Origin: Fibrobacteria bacterium
GTDB lineage: Bacteria; Fibrobacterota; Fibrobacteria; UBA11236; JADFYW01
Assembly (NCBI GenBank): GCA_050294405.1
Contig: JBNKOC010000028.1
Location: 128,001-192,000 of the forward strand
Reading direction: 5' to 3'
Length of the DNA: 64,000 nt
Made by a program: the position numbers and the translations under genes. The notes under the pieces are model-generated. The model searched no databases. It was not told the origin of the DNA and was given only the letters and a program-made list of their open reading frames with translations. This document shows, in pieces, positions 29,916 through 39,970 of this stretch. Positions within the stretch are counted from its first letter, which is position 1. The number at the start of each line of letters is the position of its first letter.

Positions 29916-30968
29916 ATGTCATTGATCAAAGGTCCTGCGATTTTTTTGGCGCAATTCGCCGGCGATGAAGCCCCTTACAACACCATTGAATCCATTACAG
30001 CATGGGCAAAAAGTATTGGATTTATAGGCGTTCAAATTCCATCCTGGGACAAAAGGTTATTTGATTTGGACAAAGCTGCCGAATCCAAAGCTTATTGTGA
30101 TGATTTTAAGGGCCGCTGCAATGGCCTTGCAGTAACAGAGCTCTCTTCCCACTTACAAGGCCAACTAGTGGCTTCTCACCCCGCTTATGACATTATGTTC
30201 GATGGCTTTGCTCCTGAGTCTTTACACAGAAATCCCAAAGCCAGAACCGAATGGGCAATTGCTGAAATGATAAAGGTTGTTAAAGCCGCCAAAAATCTGG
30301 AAGTTACGGCGGTACCCACTTTTTCAGGCGCATTGCTTTGGCACACTATGTATCCATGGCCACAACGCCCTGCCGGATTGGTGGAGTCTGGTTTTAAAGA
30401 ACTGGCCAAACGCTGGAAACCTATTTTAGACACCGCATCAGATTGCGGAATTGATTTGGCTTATGAAATACATCCCGGTGAAGATCTCCACGACGGCATT
30501 ACTTTTGAACGCTTTTTGGAAGCAACTGGTAACCATCCCCATGTGCATATTCTTTACGATCCCTCCCACTTTATATTGCAATGTATGGACTATTTGGGGT
30601 ATATAGATGTATACCACGAACATATTAAATGTTTTCATGTTAAAGATGCAGAATATAACCCTAGCGCCCGTGCTGGCGTATATGGCGGATATCAGGGCTG
30701 GGTGGAGCGTCCGGGGCGTTTTCGCAGTGTAGGCGATGGCCAGGTAGATTTTAAAGCTATCTTTACCAAACTAACCCAATACAAATTCAGCTCCTGGGCC
30801 GTTTTGGAATGGGAATGCTGCATTAAAGATCAGGAGCAAGGCGCTAAAGAAGGGGCCCAATTCATTAAGGAAATGCTTATTGATACCCCTAAGAAAGCCT
30901 TTGATGATTTTGCAGATTCAGGCGCGGACGAAGCAACCAATGCCTTGATTTTAGGAATTAATGCTTAG
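29916..30968 (+). CDS. Sugar phosphate isomerase/epimerase-family TIM barrel (xylose isomerase-like)
   Basis: KGPAIFLAQF, YEIHPGEDLHDG, YDPSH, FHVKDAE, LEWE; GGAGG RBS. Confidence 0.87.
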   Translation: MSLIKGPAIFLAQFAGDEAPYNTIESITAWAKSIGFIGVQIPSWDKRLFDLDKAAESKAYCDDFKGRCNGLAVTELSSHLQGQLVASHPAYDIMFDGFAPESLHRNPKARTEWAIAEMIKVVKAAKNLEVTAVPTFSGALLWHTMYPWPQRPAGLVESGFKELAKRWKPILDTASDCGIDLAYEIHPGEDLHDGITFERFLEATGNHPHVHILYDPSHFILQCMDYLGYIDVYHEHIKCFHVKDAEYNPSARAGVYGGYQGWVERPGRFRSVGDGQVDFKAIFTKLTQYKFSSWAVLEWECCIKDQEQGAKEGAQFIKEMLIDTPKKAFDDFADSGADEATNALILGINA

Positions 30969-31018
30969 TCCATATGGGCTAGGCATCACTTTTGAAAAAG
31001 GATTGATAGGAGGATTTT

Positions 31019-32191
31019 GTGATAGAAGGAAGCGAATTTAACTCAGGATTGCGCAAGCTGCGCGCGGGAATTGTAGGCGGTGGAATTGGAGCGTTTATCG
31101 GTTCGGTACATCGTATGGCCAGCCAAATTGACGGGCAGGCAGAAATTGTAGCCGGGGCTATGTCCAGCGATCCCCAAAAAGCCAAGGATTCTGCACAGGC
31201 TTGGTTTTTACCTCGCTCGTACGGCTCTTTTAAGGAAATGGCCACAGAAGAAGCCAAAAGAGAAGACGGCATCGACTTTGTTATGGTATGTGTGCCTAAT
31301 GTGATGCACTTTCCTGTTGCCAAAGCTTTTCTAGAAGCTGGCATACATGTAATATGCGACAAGCCCATGACTTTTACTTTGGAAGAATCCGAAGAACTGG
31401 TTAAAATTGTGGAAGCATCTGGGAAGGTTTTCGCCCTAACCCATAACTATACCGGTTACCCTGCTGTAAGACAGGCAAGGCAAATGGTTCAGGATGGGGA
31501 GATTGGCGATGTTCGCAAAGTGATAGTGGAATACCTTCAGGATTGGTTGATGGAACCCCTGGAAGAACAGGGCCAAAAGCAAGCCGCCTGGCGCACAGAT
31601 CCTACCAAAGCCGGTATATCCAATTGTGTGGGCGATATCGGTACACATGGCGAAAATCTTTTGGAATACATTACGGGTGAAAAAATCAAAAGTTTATATG
31701 CGGATTTCACCACTTTTATTCCAGGGCGTTTGCTGGAAGATGATGCTAACATATTGTTGCATATGGAAAATGGCGGAAAAGGTATTTTAACTTGTTCGCA
31801 AATTGCGGCAGGTGAAGAAAACGCTCTTTCTATTCGAATATATGGCAGCAAAGCCGGTTTGGAATGGCATCAGCAGGAGCCCAATACATTGATTTTCAAA
31901 CCTGCCGGAAAACCCAAGCAAATTTATCGCACAGGTTTGGGATATATGGGGGCCCATGCCCAAGCATCCACCCGTATTCCTCCCGGACATCCCGAAGGAT
32001 ATTTAGAGGCCTTTGGTAACGTTTATAAAGACGCCATTGAAGATATCCGTAGAGTTGATAGGGGAGAAAAACCAAAAGGTGGCTATCCCAATGTCTATGA
32101 CGGCCTCAGGGGAATTAACTTTTTGGTAAAATGTGTGGAGAGCTCCAAATCCCATAGCTGGGTGGAGCTGGAAAGCGGAGTACCTGCTTAA
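31019..32191 (+). CDS. Gfo/Idh/MocA family NAD-dependent oxidoreductase
   Basis: GGGIGAFIG.VHR, HVICDKP, GDIGTH, GHPEGY. Confidence 0.92.
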   Translation: MIEGSEFNSGLRKLRAGIVGGGIGAFIGSVHRMASQIDGQAEIVAGAMSSDPQKAKDSAQAWFLPRSYGSFKEMATEEAKREDGIDFVMVCVPNVMHFPVAKAFLEAGIHVICDKPMTFTLEESEELVKIVEASGKVFALTHNYTGYPAVRQARQMVQDGEIGDVRKVIVEYLQDWLMEPLEEQGQKQAAWRTDPTKAGISNCVGDIGTHGENLLEYITGEKIKSLYADFTTFIPGRLLEDDANILLHMENGGKGILTCSQIAAGEENALSIRIYGSKAGLEWHQQEPNTLIFKPAGKPKQIYRTGLGYMGAHAQASTRIPPGHPEGYLEAFGNVYKDAIEDIRRVDRGEKPKGGYPNVYDGLRGINFLVKCVESSKSHSWVELESGVPA

Positions 32192-32225
32192 CTACCATAT
32201 ATTTTAAGTTGTTATAATTAATAGG

Positions 32226-32249
32226 GGCCGGTCTTTGACCGGCCTTTTT
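32226..32249 (+). terminator. Rho-independent terminator
   Basis: ggccggtc-ttt-gaccggcc stem followed by a T run, downstream of the Gfo gene. Confidence 0.85.
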
Positions 32250-32336
32250 ATTATATAGTAGCCCTCCGTATCCCAATCTTAAAGGGCTGTAGAAGAGCTA
32301 GCGCCTAAAAAAAGATTTGTTTTGAGCATTATTTTC

Positions 32337-32364
32337 TTGCATGCAAACATGAATAATCTATAAT
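32337..32364 (+). promoter_or_regulatory. Putative sigma70 promoter of hup
   Basis: TTGCAT (32337-42), 16-nt spacer, TATAAT (32359-64). Confidence 0.55.
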
Positions 32365-32418
32365 AAGGGCCATAGGTGCCGTAAGGGGCCTTTAGATCAC
32401 ACTAAATAAGAGGTAAAA

Positions 32419-32715
32419 ATGAATAAACAAGAATTGATCGACGAAATCGCAGCCGATAAAGCTTCATCTATTGAATCCAAAGCTGCTGCTGAAAGAGCTC
32501 TGAATGCCGTATTAAATGGTATTTCAGCTGGTCTTAAAAAAGACGGTCAAGTTCAATTGATTGGTTTTGGAACTTTTAATGTTAAGTCAAGACCCGCTCG
32601 TAAAGGACGCAATCCTTCCACTGGCGAAGCTATCAAGATTAAAGCTTCTAAAACTGTTTCTTTCAAATGCGGCGCCGCATTAAAAGAAGTGGCTAAAAAG
32701 TCAAAATCTAAATAA
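32419..32715 (+). CDS. hup: DNA-binding protein HU
   Basis: MNKQELIDEIA, VQLIGFGTF, RKGRNPSTGE. Confidence 0.96.
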   Translation: MNKQELIDEIAADKASSIESKAAAERALNAVLNGISAGLKKDGQVQLIGFGTFNVKSRPARKGRNPSTGEAIKIKASKTVSFKCGAALKEVAKKSKSK

Positions 32716-32732
32716 TCTATTTTTATGTTACG

Positions 32733-32763
32733 AAAGAGCCCCGTGTTTCACGGGGCTTTTTTT
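32733..32763 (+). terminator. Rho-independent terminator (possibly bidirectional)
   Basis: agccccgtg-ttt-cacggggct followed by a T run; lies between convergent genes. Confidence 0.88.
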
Positions 32764-32784
32764 GTGCCTCATTTCCGCATAACA

Positions 32785-33477
32785 TTATAATGGCGGATTC
32801 CAGCCCATCTTCTGATACCACAGCCTGGCGCGCAAGGCCTTTAATTCCTGGCTTCCCGCAGACCAGATAAAAAAACCAATAAGTGCTAACATAAGATTGT
32901 ATTTGATGCCCAGTATTACAAATCCCGCAGCCAGGACCTTGCCTAAAAAAGCAGCTTTTTCGGTAGCGCTTAAAACCCCAAATTTATAGCTAAGGGCGCT
33001 TCTGAAAATTCGCCCGCCATCCATGGGGAAGGCAGGTAACATATTAAACAGAAAAAGGCCTATGTTAAAATACATGAGGTTTTCAAATACATATGCTATT
33101 TGCTGAGGGGTAATATATTGCAGGAAAAATAACATAATGGCTAACACAACATTTACCATTGGGCCCGCAAAAGAAATGGCAATTTCTTGAAACGGAGTTT
33201 TGGCTTGGCCTTCTAATTTGGCGATACCCCCTATAGGAAGCAGGGTTATATCCCGTGTGGAAATACCATAATGACGGGCCATAAGGGCATGGCCTAGTTC
33301 GTGTAACACCACAAAACTAAAAATAGCCAGCAGTTGGGTTAATTGAATGGCGATTTCAAATAGTGGATCCTTGTCTAAAAGGCCCATTCCCAAAAACCAC
33401 AACAACAGCAACAAAAAAGTAAAATGAACCTTTATTTGAATGTTTGCCAGCCGGCCGATGTTAAAACTTAGTGGCAT
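32785..33477 (-). CDS. Site-2 protease (peptidase M50), no CBS domains
   Basis: HELGH, LPIGG, AGP, FNMLPAFPMDGGR. Confidence 0.93.
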   Translation of the reverse strand: MPLSFNIGRLANIQIKVHFTFLLLLLWFLGMGLLDKDPLFEIAIQLTQLLAIFSFVVLHELGHALMARHYGISTRDITLLPIGGIAKLEGQAKTPFQEIAISFAGPMVNVVLAIMLFFLQYITPQQIAYVFENLMYFNIGLFLFNMLPAFPMDGGRIFRSALSYKFGVLSATEKAAFLGKVLAAGFVILGIKYNLMLALIGFFIWSAGSQELKALRARLWYQKMGWNPPL

Positions 33478-33500
33478 AGATACTCCTTTATGTTATAAAA

Positions 33501-33518
33501 ATGCAAGTACTGTGCCAA
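33501..33518 (-). promoter_or_regulatory. sigma54 (-24/-12) promoter of the site-2 protease gene
   Basis: Minus strand TTGGCAC-AGTAC-TTGCAT; predicted leader of about 14 nt contains AAGGAG. Confidence 0.82.
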
Positions 33519-33698
33519 GGCAAAGAAAAGGAATTTAGGGCGTTTTCATCCAAAAAACCGGGGGCAACACAACCTATGTCCGATTTTGCCACATTCTCAG
33601 CTTTAATTTGGAGCGCATTAAATGAAAAATTCTCCATAATTGCTTAAAAAATCCAATTATGATTTGCTCTAAAAGTTCATATTTTATGCATAGTTACT

Positions 33699-34499
33699 AT
33701 GACACATAAAGATTTTTCCGCAACCCATTTGGAAGGCAGCCAGAGCCAGAAAGTCTGGGATTCCCTGGCTGTGGAATCTCCCCTGCAAATCCAAATTAAT
33801 GAAGAGCCCTTAAATGTTACCATGCGCACTCCCGGTGAGGATAAACATCTGGCATTTGGCTATTTGTATACGGAAGGGGTAATTGAAAATTTGAACGACG
33901 TGGGAGAATGGGAGTTTCAGCCGGAGCCCAACATTGAGGGGGCGGGAATATTAAATCTGCAAATTCCCGTGGAAAAAATTAATGCCTTTAACATTTCTCA
34001 GCGTAGCAATATTTCCAATTCTTCCTGCGGAGTGTGCGGTAAAACCAAATTATGTGAATTACATTTTCCCAAAGAAGCTTTGCGCTCTGATTTTTTCCTG
34101 CAACGGAAAAGCTTTGCGGAATTACGGCGCAAAATGGAACTGGCACAACTCCAGTTTCAAAAAACCGGGGGGTGCCATGGGGCGGCCCTTTTTAATTCTT
34201 CGGGAGATTTAATATGTCTTATGGAAGATATAGGCCGTCACAATGCGGTAGATAAGGCCATTGGATTTGCCCTTTGCCACCATCAATTGGAAGCAGCACA
34301 AATTATGTTTGTGACCGGAAGAGTTTCCTACGAAATTATTATTAAAGCCTATCGGGCACAAATTCCTTATTTGCTGGCCATTTCAGCACCGTCTTCCCTG
34401 GCTGTTTCCCTCTGTGAGCAAGCGGGAATTTGTTTAATAGGGTTTTGCCGGGGCAATAGGGGAACAGTATACACACTGCCCCAGAACATTCATCCCTAA
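33699..34499 (+). CDS. fdhD: Formate dehydrogenase accessory sulfurtransferase FdhD
   Basis: MRTPG, SSCGVCGK, TGGCHGA, EDIGRHNAVDK, GRVSYE. Confidence 0.95.
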   Translation: MTHKDFSATHLEGSQSQKVWDSLAVESPLQIQINEEPLNVTMRTPGEDKHLAFGYLYTEGVIENLNDVGEWEFQPEPNIEGAGILNLQIPVEKINAFNISQRSNISNSSCGVCGKTKLCELHFPKEALRSDFFLQRKSFAELRRKMELAQLQFQKTGGCHGAALFNSSGDLICLMEDIGRHNAVDKAIGFALCHHQLEAAQIMFVTGRVSYEIIIKAYRAQIPYLLAISAPSSLAVSLCEQAGICLIGFCRGNRGTVYTLPQNIHP

Positions 34500-34512
34500 T
34501 TGGATTTTTATT

Positions 34513-36186
34513 ATGTCTAAGAATTTATCCACTATGGCAGGTCGATTTGGCCTGGAAAAAAATTTATTTGAAGATTATGTGGTTTCCGCAGATAAGGGAG
34601 AACTGGACAAAGAAAAACTGTTTCAGCTTTCCGACCAGTACCTGGTGGGAGAAGCGGCCAGTTACGGCACGGCATCGGCTTATGATTTTTTAAAAGAAGA
34701 TTTACAAAAATACAAAGCTTATGTATGCAATGGAACCGCCTGCAAATTGGCGGGAAAACAAAGCGCTGTGAAACAAAGCTTGTCTTCCAACTTTGCGGAA
34801 AATGAAATTGGAGAAATGTGCTGCTTAGGCAGATGTTATGAGACTTCGGCCTTCCAGGTCAATGGAAAAAATTTTTCCGGAGAGGATATATCCCATCCAG
34901 AAAATTGGAAAACTGAAAATGGGACATTAAAAAACTCTTACGTTATTGAAAATGAGGTATCTCCATTAGGCCCTAAAATTTTAACAGGGGAGCCATTGGG
35001 CATTGTTGATGTACAAGGGCGTCTGGAAAAATTGCTGGCTATGACCGCCGAGGAAGCGCTGGATCAGATTAAAAAATCCGGACTAAGAGGTCGAGGAGGG
35101 GCTGGCTTTCCCGCCGGCTTAAAATGGGAAAGTTGTAAAACACAAACATCATCCACAAAATATATAGTTTGCAATGCGGATGAGGGCGATCCCGGAGCAT
35201 TTTCAGATAGATATTTAATGGAAGAACAGCCTTTATTGCTTTTATTGGGGATGATGATTTCCGGGTATATTGCAGGAGCTAGCTGGGGAGTGCTTTATGT
35301 GCGCGCCGAATATCCGGAGTCTGTTACAGTTTTAAGGGAAAAAATTGAAGAGCTAAAACGAGCTGGCTTATTGGGCAAAAATATTTTGGGCAAAAATTTC
35401 GAATTTAATTTCAAGCTGGTAAAAGGGGCAGGTGCCTACATATGTGGTGAAGAAACCGCTTTGTTATCCTCACTGGAAGGTTTAAGGCCCGAAGTTCGGG
35501 TGCGCCCTCCTTTCCCCACCGTATCGGGTCTATTTGGCAAGCCCACTATTATTAATAATGTGGAAACATTTGCCTGCGCCCCATTCATAATTGAAAACGG
35601 CGGAGAAGCCTATGCCAATGTGGGAACTGCTAAATCTACAGGCACAAAACTCTTATGCCTGGACAGCCATTTTGTAAACTCAGGTTTGGTGGAAGTTCCC
35701 ATGGGTACCTCACTTTCCCAGGCCATACATAGTATTGGGGGCGGTTTTAAAACTGACATAAAAGCATTACAAATAGGAGGGCCTCTGGGAGGGGTGCTTC
35801 CCATAAACGCCATTGAAGATTTAACAGTGGATTTTGAATCATTTCAAAAAGCGGGATTTTTACTTGGCCATGGCAGTATAGTTTCCATACCCGGAAATGA
35901 ATCCATGATGGAGTACATTAAGCATTTGCTTGAATTTACGGCTCACGAATCCTGTGGGAAATGTTTCCCCTGTCGTCTGGGTTCCCAACGTGGCGCCGAG
36001 ATGGTATCTAAATCTCTGGAAGGAAATGGTTATAAAATAGACAGCAATCTTATGTCTGATTTGCTGGAAACCTTAAAAGAAACATCTTTGTGTGGATTGG
36101 GTGGCGGTGTTCCACTTCCCATTCAAAATATTTTGGAACATTTTTCAGGAGAACTGGAACCCTATTTTAAAAAGGGGGATGTATAA
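34513..36186 (+). CDS. NAD-dependent formate dehydrogenase flavoprotein subunit (NuoE-like 2Fe-2S domain fused to NuoF-like domain)
   Basis: CNGTAC/CCLGRC; GLRGRGGAGF, NADEGDPG, GAYICGEETAL, ESCGKCFPCRLG. Confidence 0.9.
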   Translation: MSKNLSTMAGRFGLEKNLFEDYVVSADKGELDKEKLFQLSDQYLVGEAASYGTASAYDFLKEDLQKYKAYVCNGTACKLAGKQSAVKQSLSSNFAENEIGEMCCLGRCYETSAFQVNGKNFSGEDISHPENWKTENGTLKNSYVIENEVSPLGPKILTGEPLGIVDVQGRLEKLLAMTAEEALDQIKKSGLRGRGGAGFPAGLKWESCKTQTSSTKYIVCNADEGDPGAFSDRYLMEEQPLLLLLGMMISGYIAGASWGVLYVRAEYPESVTVLREKIEELKRAGLLGKNILGKNFEFNFKLVKGAGAYICGEETALLSSLEGLRPEVRVRPPFPTVSGLFGKPTIINNVETFACAPFIIENGGEAYANVGTAKSTGTKLLCLDSHFVNSGLVEVPMGTSLSQAIHSIGGGFKTDIKALQIGGPLGGVLPINAIEDLTVDFESFQKAGFLLGHGSIVSIPGNESMMEYIKHLLEFTAHESCGKCFPCRLGSQRGAEMVSKSLEGNGYKIDSNLMSDLLETLKETSLCGLGGGVPLPIQNILEHFSGELEPYFKKGDV

Positions 36187-38936
36187 TGGAAAAATACGCA
36201 TATATAAATGGCGAAGCCTTTGCCATAGAAGAAAATGAAACTATTCTCAGCTTTTTAAGAAGGGCCAGAGGCGAAAAATATATTCCCACTCTTTGCGATT
36301 CCAAAGGCCTGGAACCGCATGGTTCCTGCAGGGTTTGCTCTGTGGAAGCGGCCTTTAAGGAAGGAGGCCCATTTAAAACTGTAGCCTCTTGCCATACCCC
36401 AATCGCAGAAAATATGTATTTAAAACCGCAAAGCCAAAAAATAAAACGGCTTCGCAAAAATATTGTGGAACTGGTTTTAAGTGACCATCCTTTGGATTGC
36501 CTTACCTGTGAAGTGAATGGAAACTGTGAGTTGCAGAGTGTGGCTGCTGAGGTTGGTATAAGGGAAATGCGGTACCCAACTGATGGAAAAACCCATCAGA
36601 ATATTGAAAAAGACCTAAGCCATCCTTTTATGACCTCGGATTTATCCAAATGTATCAATTGCTACCGTTGCGTGAGAGCTTGTGATGAAATCCAGGGAGA
36701 ACATGTTTTAGGAGTAGCAGGACGTGGTTTTGACAGTCGCATTATAAAAGGCATGGATGTATCTTTCAACGACAGCACATGCGTGTCCTGCGGAGCCTGT
36801 TCCCAGGCTTGTCCCACCTCGGCTATTTCCGATGTATTTCAGTCTAAATCTGTAGTCTCCGAAACTAAAACCAGAACTATTTGCACTTATTGCGGTGTGG
36901 GGTGCAACCTGGATGTGGCCGTTGTGGACAACCAGGTGAAATCCATCCAGGCTCCCTGGGATGCGGAAGTAAATGCAGGACACACTTGCGTTAAAGGCCG
37001 TTATGCCTTTAAATTTGCCTCCCACCCAGATAGATTAACATCACCCCTTATTCGCAAAAATGGAGTGTTGGAAAAAGCCAGTTGGGACGAGGCCTTTGAT
37101 TATTTAGCCGAAAAACTAAACCAAATAAAAAAGGACTATGGACCAGAAGCTATTGGGGGAATTTCATCGGCCCGCTGCACCAATGAAGAAAATTATTTGA
37201 TGCAAAAACTAATTAGAAACGTTATTGGGACAAATAACATTGACTGCTGTGCCCGGGTTTGCCATGCGCCCACGGCCTACGGAATGCAACAAAGTTTTGG
37301 CACGGGTGCCGCCACCAATTCCTATAAGGACTTAAAAAAAACAGATTTGATTTTAATTGTAGGAGCCAATCCAACTTCCGGCCATCCTGTTATGGGCTCA
37401 AAAATTAAGCAGGAAATTTTAAAGGGAAAGCCTTTAATTGTAATAGACCCTCGCAAAACTCCCCTGGCAAAATACGCAAAATACCATTTGGCGCTTCGTC
37501 CCGGAACAAATGTGGCCATGTTAAATATGTGGTTCTATTACATCCTGGAAGCTGGCATGGAAGATAAAAGCTTTATCCAAAATCGCACGGAAGGTTGGAA
37601 TGAATTCGTAAGCGAAGTTAAAAATCTAAACATTGCCCAATTAGAACAAATTACCGGCGTGGATAGGGAGCTGGTTAAAGCAGCTGCGCTGGAATACGCC
37701 AGTGCTGAAAAAGCCATGTCTTTTCATGGACTTGGAGTGACTGAACATTCCCAGGGCTCCAAAACAGTGATGTTATTATCTAATTTGGCCATGTTAACAG
37801 GAAATCTCGGCAGGGAAGGTGTGGGCATAAATCCCTTGCGCGGACAAAACAACGTTCAGGGAGCGGCTGATATGGGCGTCCAACCCCATCAGGGCCCTGG
37901 CTATTTGTCTATGGATTCTTCAGAATCTCAGGAGTACTATTTTAATTATTACAAAGAGCGTATGCCTGAGGTTCCAGGGTTAAAAATACCCCAGATGTTT
38001 GATTCGGCCCTTAACAAAGAACTCAAAGCCCTGTGGATTATGGGCGAAGACGTGGCCCAAACAGATCCCAACACCAAAAAAGTAAAAGCTTCCCTTTCCA
38101 ACCTGGAGCTTTTAGTGGTGCAGGAATTGTTTTTAACGGAAACTGCGAAACTGGCCCATGTTGTTCTTCCGGGCAGCAGCTTTTTGGAAAAAGAGGGCAC
38201 CTTTACCAACGCGGAAAGGCGGGTGCAAAAAGTAAATCGCGCTATTCCTCCTCTTGCAGGTAGCAAGCCAGACGGCCAAATCATCGTGGAGATGATGAAC
38301 AAACTGGGCTATTCCCAAAAACCCTATTCGGCCAAAGAAGTTCTGGAGGAAATTTCCCAGGTGGTTCCTTTTTTCAAAGGTATTAGCTGGGATAATCTGG
38401 GTATAAATGGCAAGCAATGGCCTGTTGCCGAAGACGGGACGGATACTCAAATTCTTCATCAAAAAGAATTTAAGCGAGGCCTGGGCAAATTTCATTTTTT
38501 TAACTGGGTGGAATCCAATGAAATTGAAAGCCACGGGAAAAAGTATCCATACATATTGACCACAGGCCGTGAGTTGTTCCATTACAATTGCGGCACTATG
38601 ACCAGGCGCACTTATTTAAACCAGATAATGAGTGAGGATTTGCTTTTGGTGAATCCCAAAGATGCCAAAGTCAAGGGTATTCACATGGGCCAAATGGTTA
38701 AAGTGGTATCCGCTCGGGGTGAGGTGAAGTTAAAAGCGAAAATTACAGAGGATGTTAACCCTGGTGTGGTGTATACCACCTTCCACTTTCCCGAAGAAAT
38801 GGTAAATCAAGTGACCAGTGATGAACACGATGCAGAAGCCCTTTGTCCTGAGTACAAGATAGCCGCTGTTGACCTGGTTGCGATAGGCAGTACTATTAAG
38901 AATATTGAATCTGAAGTGGTGATGGTGGCGAAGTAG
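36186..38936 (+). CDS. fdhF: Formate dehydrogenase alpha subunit (Mo/W-bis-PGD, Cys-type)
   Basis: NuoG-like Fe-S N-terminus, CTYCGVGC, ARVCH active site, LRGQNNVQG, PEYK. Confidence 0.93.
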   Translation: MEKYAYINGEAFAIEENETILSFLRRARGEKYIPTLCDSKGLEPHGSCRVCSVEAAFKEGGPFKTVASCHTPIAENMYLKPQSQKIKRLRKNIVELVLSDHPLDCLTCEVNGNCELQSVAAEVGIREMRYPTDGKTHQNIEKDLSHPFMTSDLSKCINCYRCVRACDEIQGEHVLGVAGRGFDSRIIKGMDVSFNDSTCVSCGACSQACPTSAISDVFQSKSVVSETKTRTICTYCGVGCNLDVAVVDNQVKSIQAPWDAEVNAGHTCVKGRYAFKFASHPDRLTSPLIRKNGVLEKASWDEAFDYLAEKLNQIKKDYGPEAIGGISSARCTNEENYLMQKLIRNVIGTNNIDCCARVCHAPTAYGMQQSFGTGAATNSYKDLKKTDLILIVGANPTSGHPVMGSKIKQEILKGKPLIVIDPRKTPLAKYAKYHLALRPGTNVAMLNMWFYYILEAGMEDKSFIQNRTEGWNEFVSEVKNLNIAQLEQITGVDRELVKAAALEYASAEKAMSFHGLGVTEHSQGSKTVMLLSNLAMLTGNLGREGVGINPLRGQNNVQGAADMGVQPHQGPGYLSMDSSESQEYYFNYYKERMPEVPGLKIPQMFDSALNKELKALWIMGEDVAQTDPNTKKVKASLSNLELLVVQELFLTETAKLAHVVLPGSSFLEKEGTFTNAERRVQKVNRAIPPLAGSKPDGQIIVEMMNKLGYSQKPYSAKEVLEEISQVVPFFKGISWDNLGINGKQWPVAEDGTDTQILHQKEFKRGLGKFHFFNWVESNEIESHGKKYPYILTTGRELFHYNCGTMTRRTYLNQIMSEDLLLVNPKDAKVKGIHMGQMVKVVSARGEVKLKAKITEDVNPGVVYTTFHFPEEMVNQVTSDEHDAEALCPEYKIAAVDLVAIGSTIKNIESEVVMVAK

Positions 38937-38939
38937 GGC

Positions 38940-39710
38940 TTAAGTTTTAGCTTCGCGCCCTTGGTGGGCTACCCGGCGGCGGTATTCGCGGGGAGACACG
39001 CCCATGTTTGCCCTGAATTGGCGGCTGAAATCGCTTTGATCGTAAAAACCCGTAGCCAATGCGATGTTGCTAATATGATCGCGGCTTTGGGCCAGAAGCC
39101 TGCAAGCGGCTTTAATGCGTACTTTGATAATGAATTTTAAGGGAGAAATTTGGAACATTTTTTTAAACTTGCGTTCAAATTGGCTCACGCTTAAAGCTGC
39201 CATTTTAGCTAAAGTGCTGACTTCAATAGGCCGGGAATAATTTTTAGAAATGTAATCAACAACATGGTTCATATCCATGTATGGCTGCAGTATTCCAGAG
39301 GCTTTTTTCAAATTGCGCGTGGTTCCTGCCACGCCAATTATTTTTTTGTCTTTGGAGTAAATGGGGACTTTAGTGGTGGAGTACCAATCCACCGTTCCGT
39401 CCGCATTGGGCACCAATTCCACCCGGTCTACAATTTTGTTGCCGGTGGTTAATACATATAGATCGTCTTTATCGAAATTTTCAGCAAGCTCACTGGGAAA
39501 AATATCAAAATCAGTTTTTCCGAGGATATCAGCCTCGCAACTGCCGCCGCACTTTTCCGCATCCTGCTGATTGAGGTGTACATATTGGCGCTTTTCGTTT
39601 TTTGCCCAAAAATAAATTTCCGGAAGATATTCAAATAGCTCGGCCACCTGATTGTCTGCAGAGACCTGGCTCCAAAACTCGTCTTTGAACTTTTGCGGAT
39701 TTTCCTGCAT
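38940..39710 (-). CDS. AraC-family regulator with N-terminal PAS domain
   Basis: ILGKTDFDIFP PAS segment; LSVSQFERKFKK, GFYDQSDFSRQF..NMGVSPREYR. Confidence 0.92.
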   Translation of the reverse strand: MQENPQKFKDEFWSQVSADNQVAELFEYLPEIYFWAKNEKRQYVHLNQQDAEKCGGSCEADILGKTDFDIFPSELAENFDKDDLYVLTTGNKIVDRVELVPNADGTVDWYSTTKVPIYSKDKKIIGVAGTTRNLKKASGILQPYMDMNHVVDYISKNYSRPIEVSTLAKMAALSVSQFERKFKKMFQISPLKFIIKVRIKAACRLLAQSRDHISNIALATGFYDQSDFSRQFRANMGVSPREYRRRVAHQGREAKT

Positions 39711-39970
39711 AATTTAAGATGTACAAAAATTGGCTGAAATAGTCAGCCATGTAATAATTTAACCAAAAAAGCCGACTTTGCTGGAAATTTTTATATAAAA
39801 TCTGACAATTAGCAGAATAGGCCAAAAAGGCCATTGCTTAAAAAATACAACTAGAAACTCATTATTTCCTATCTAGCAAAAAGCCCATTAAATAGATTTT
39901 AAGTATTCTGGGATGGTATCCATCACTTAAATACAAATTGAAATCAAAATAGAATCCGAGGGTAAATTAC

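Noticed and set aside
34513..36186. Complex I nuoF or hydrogenase subunit
   Set aside because: Flanked by fdhD and FDH alpha; no other nuo or hydrogenase genes.
36186..38936. Selenocysteine-containing FDH
   Set aside because: The ORF is uninterrupted, with Cys at the active site (ARVCH).
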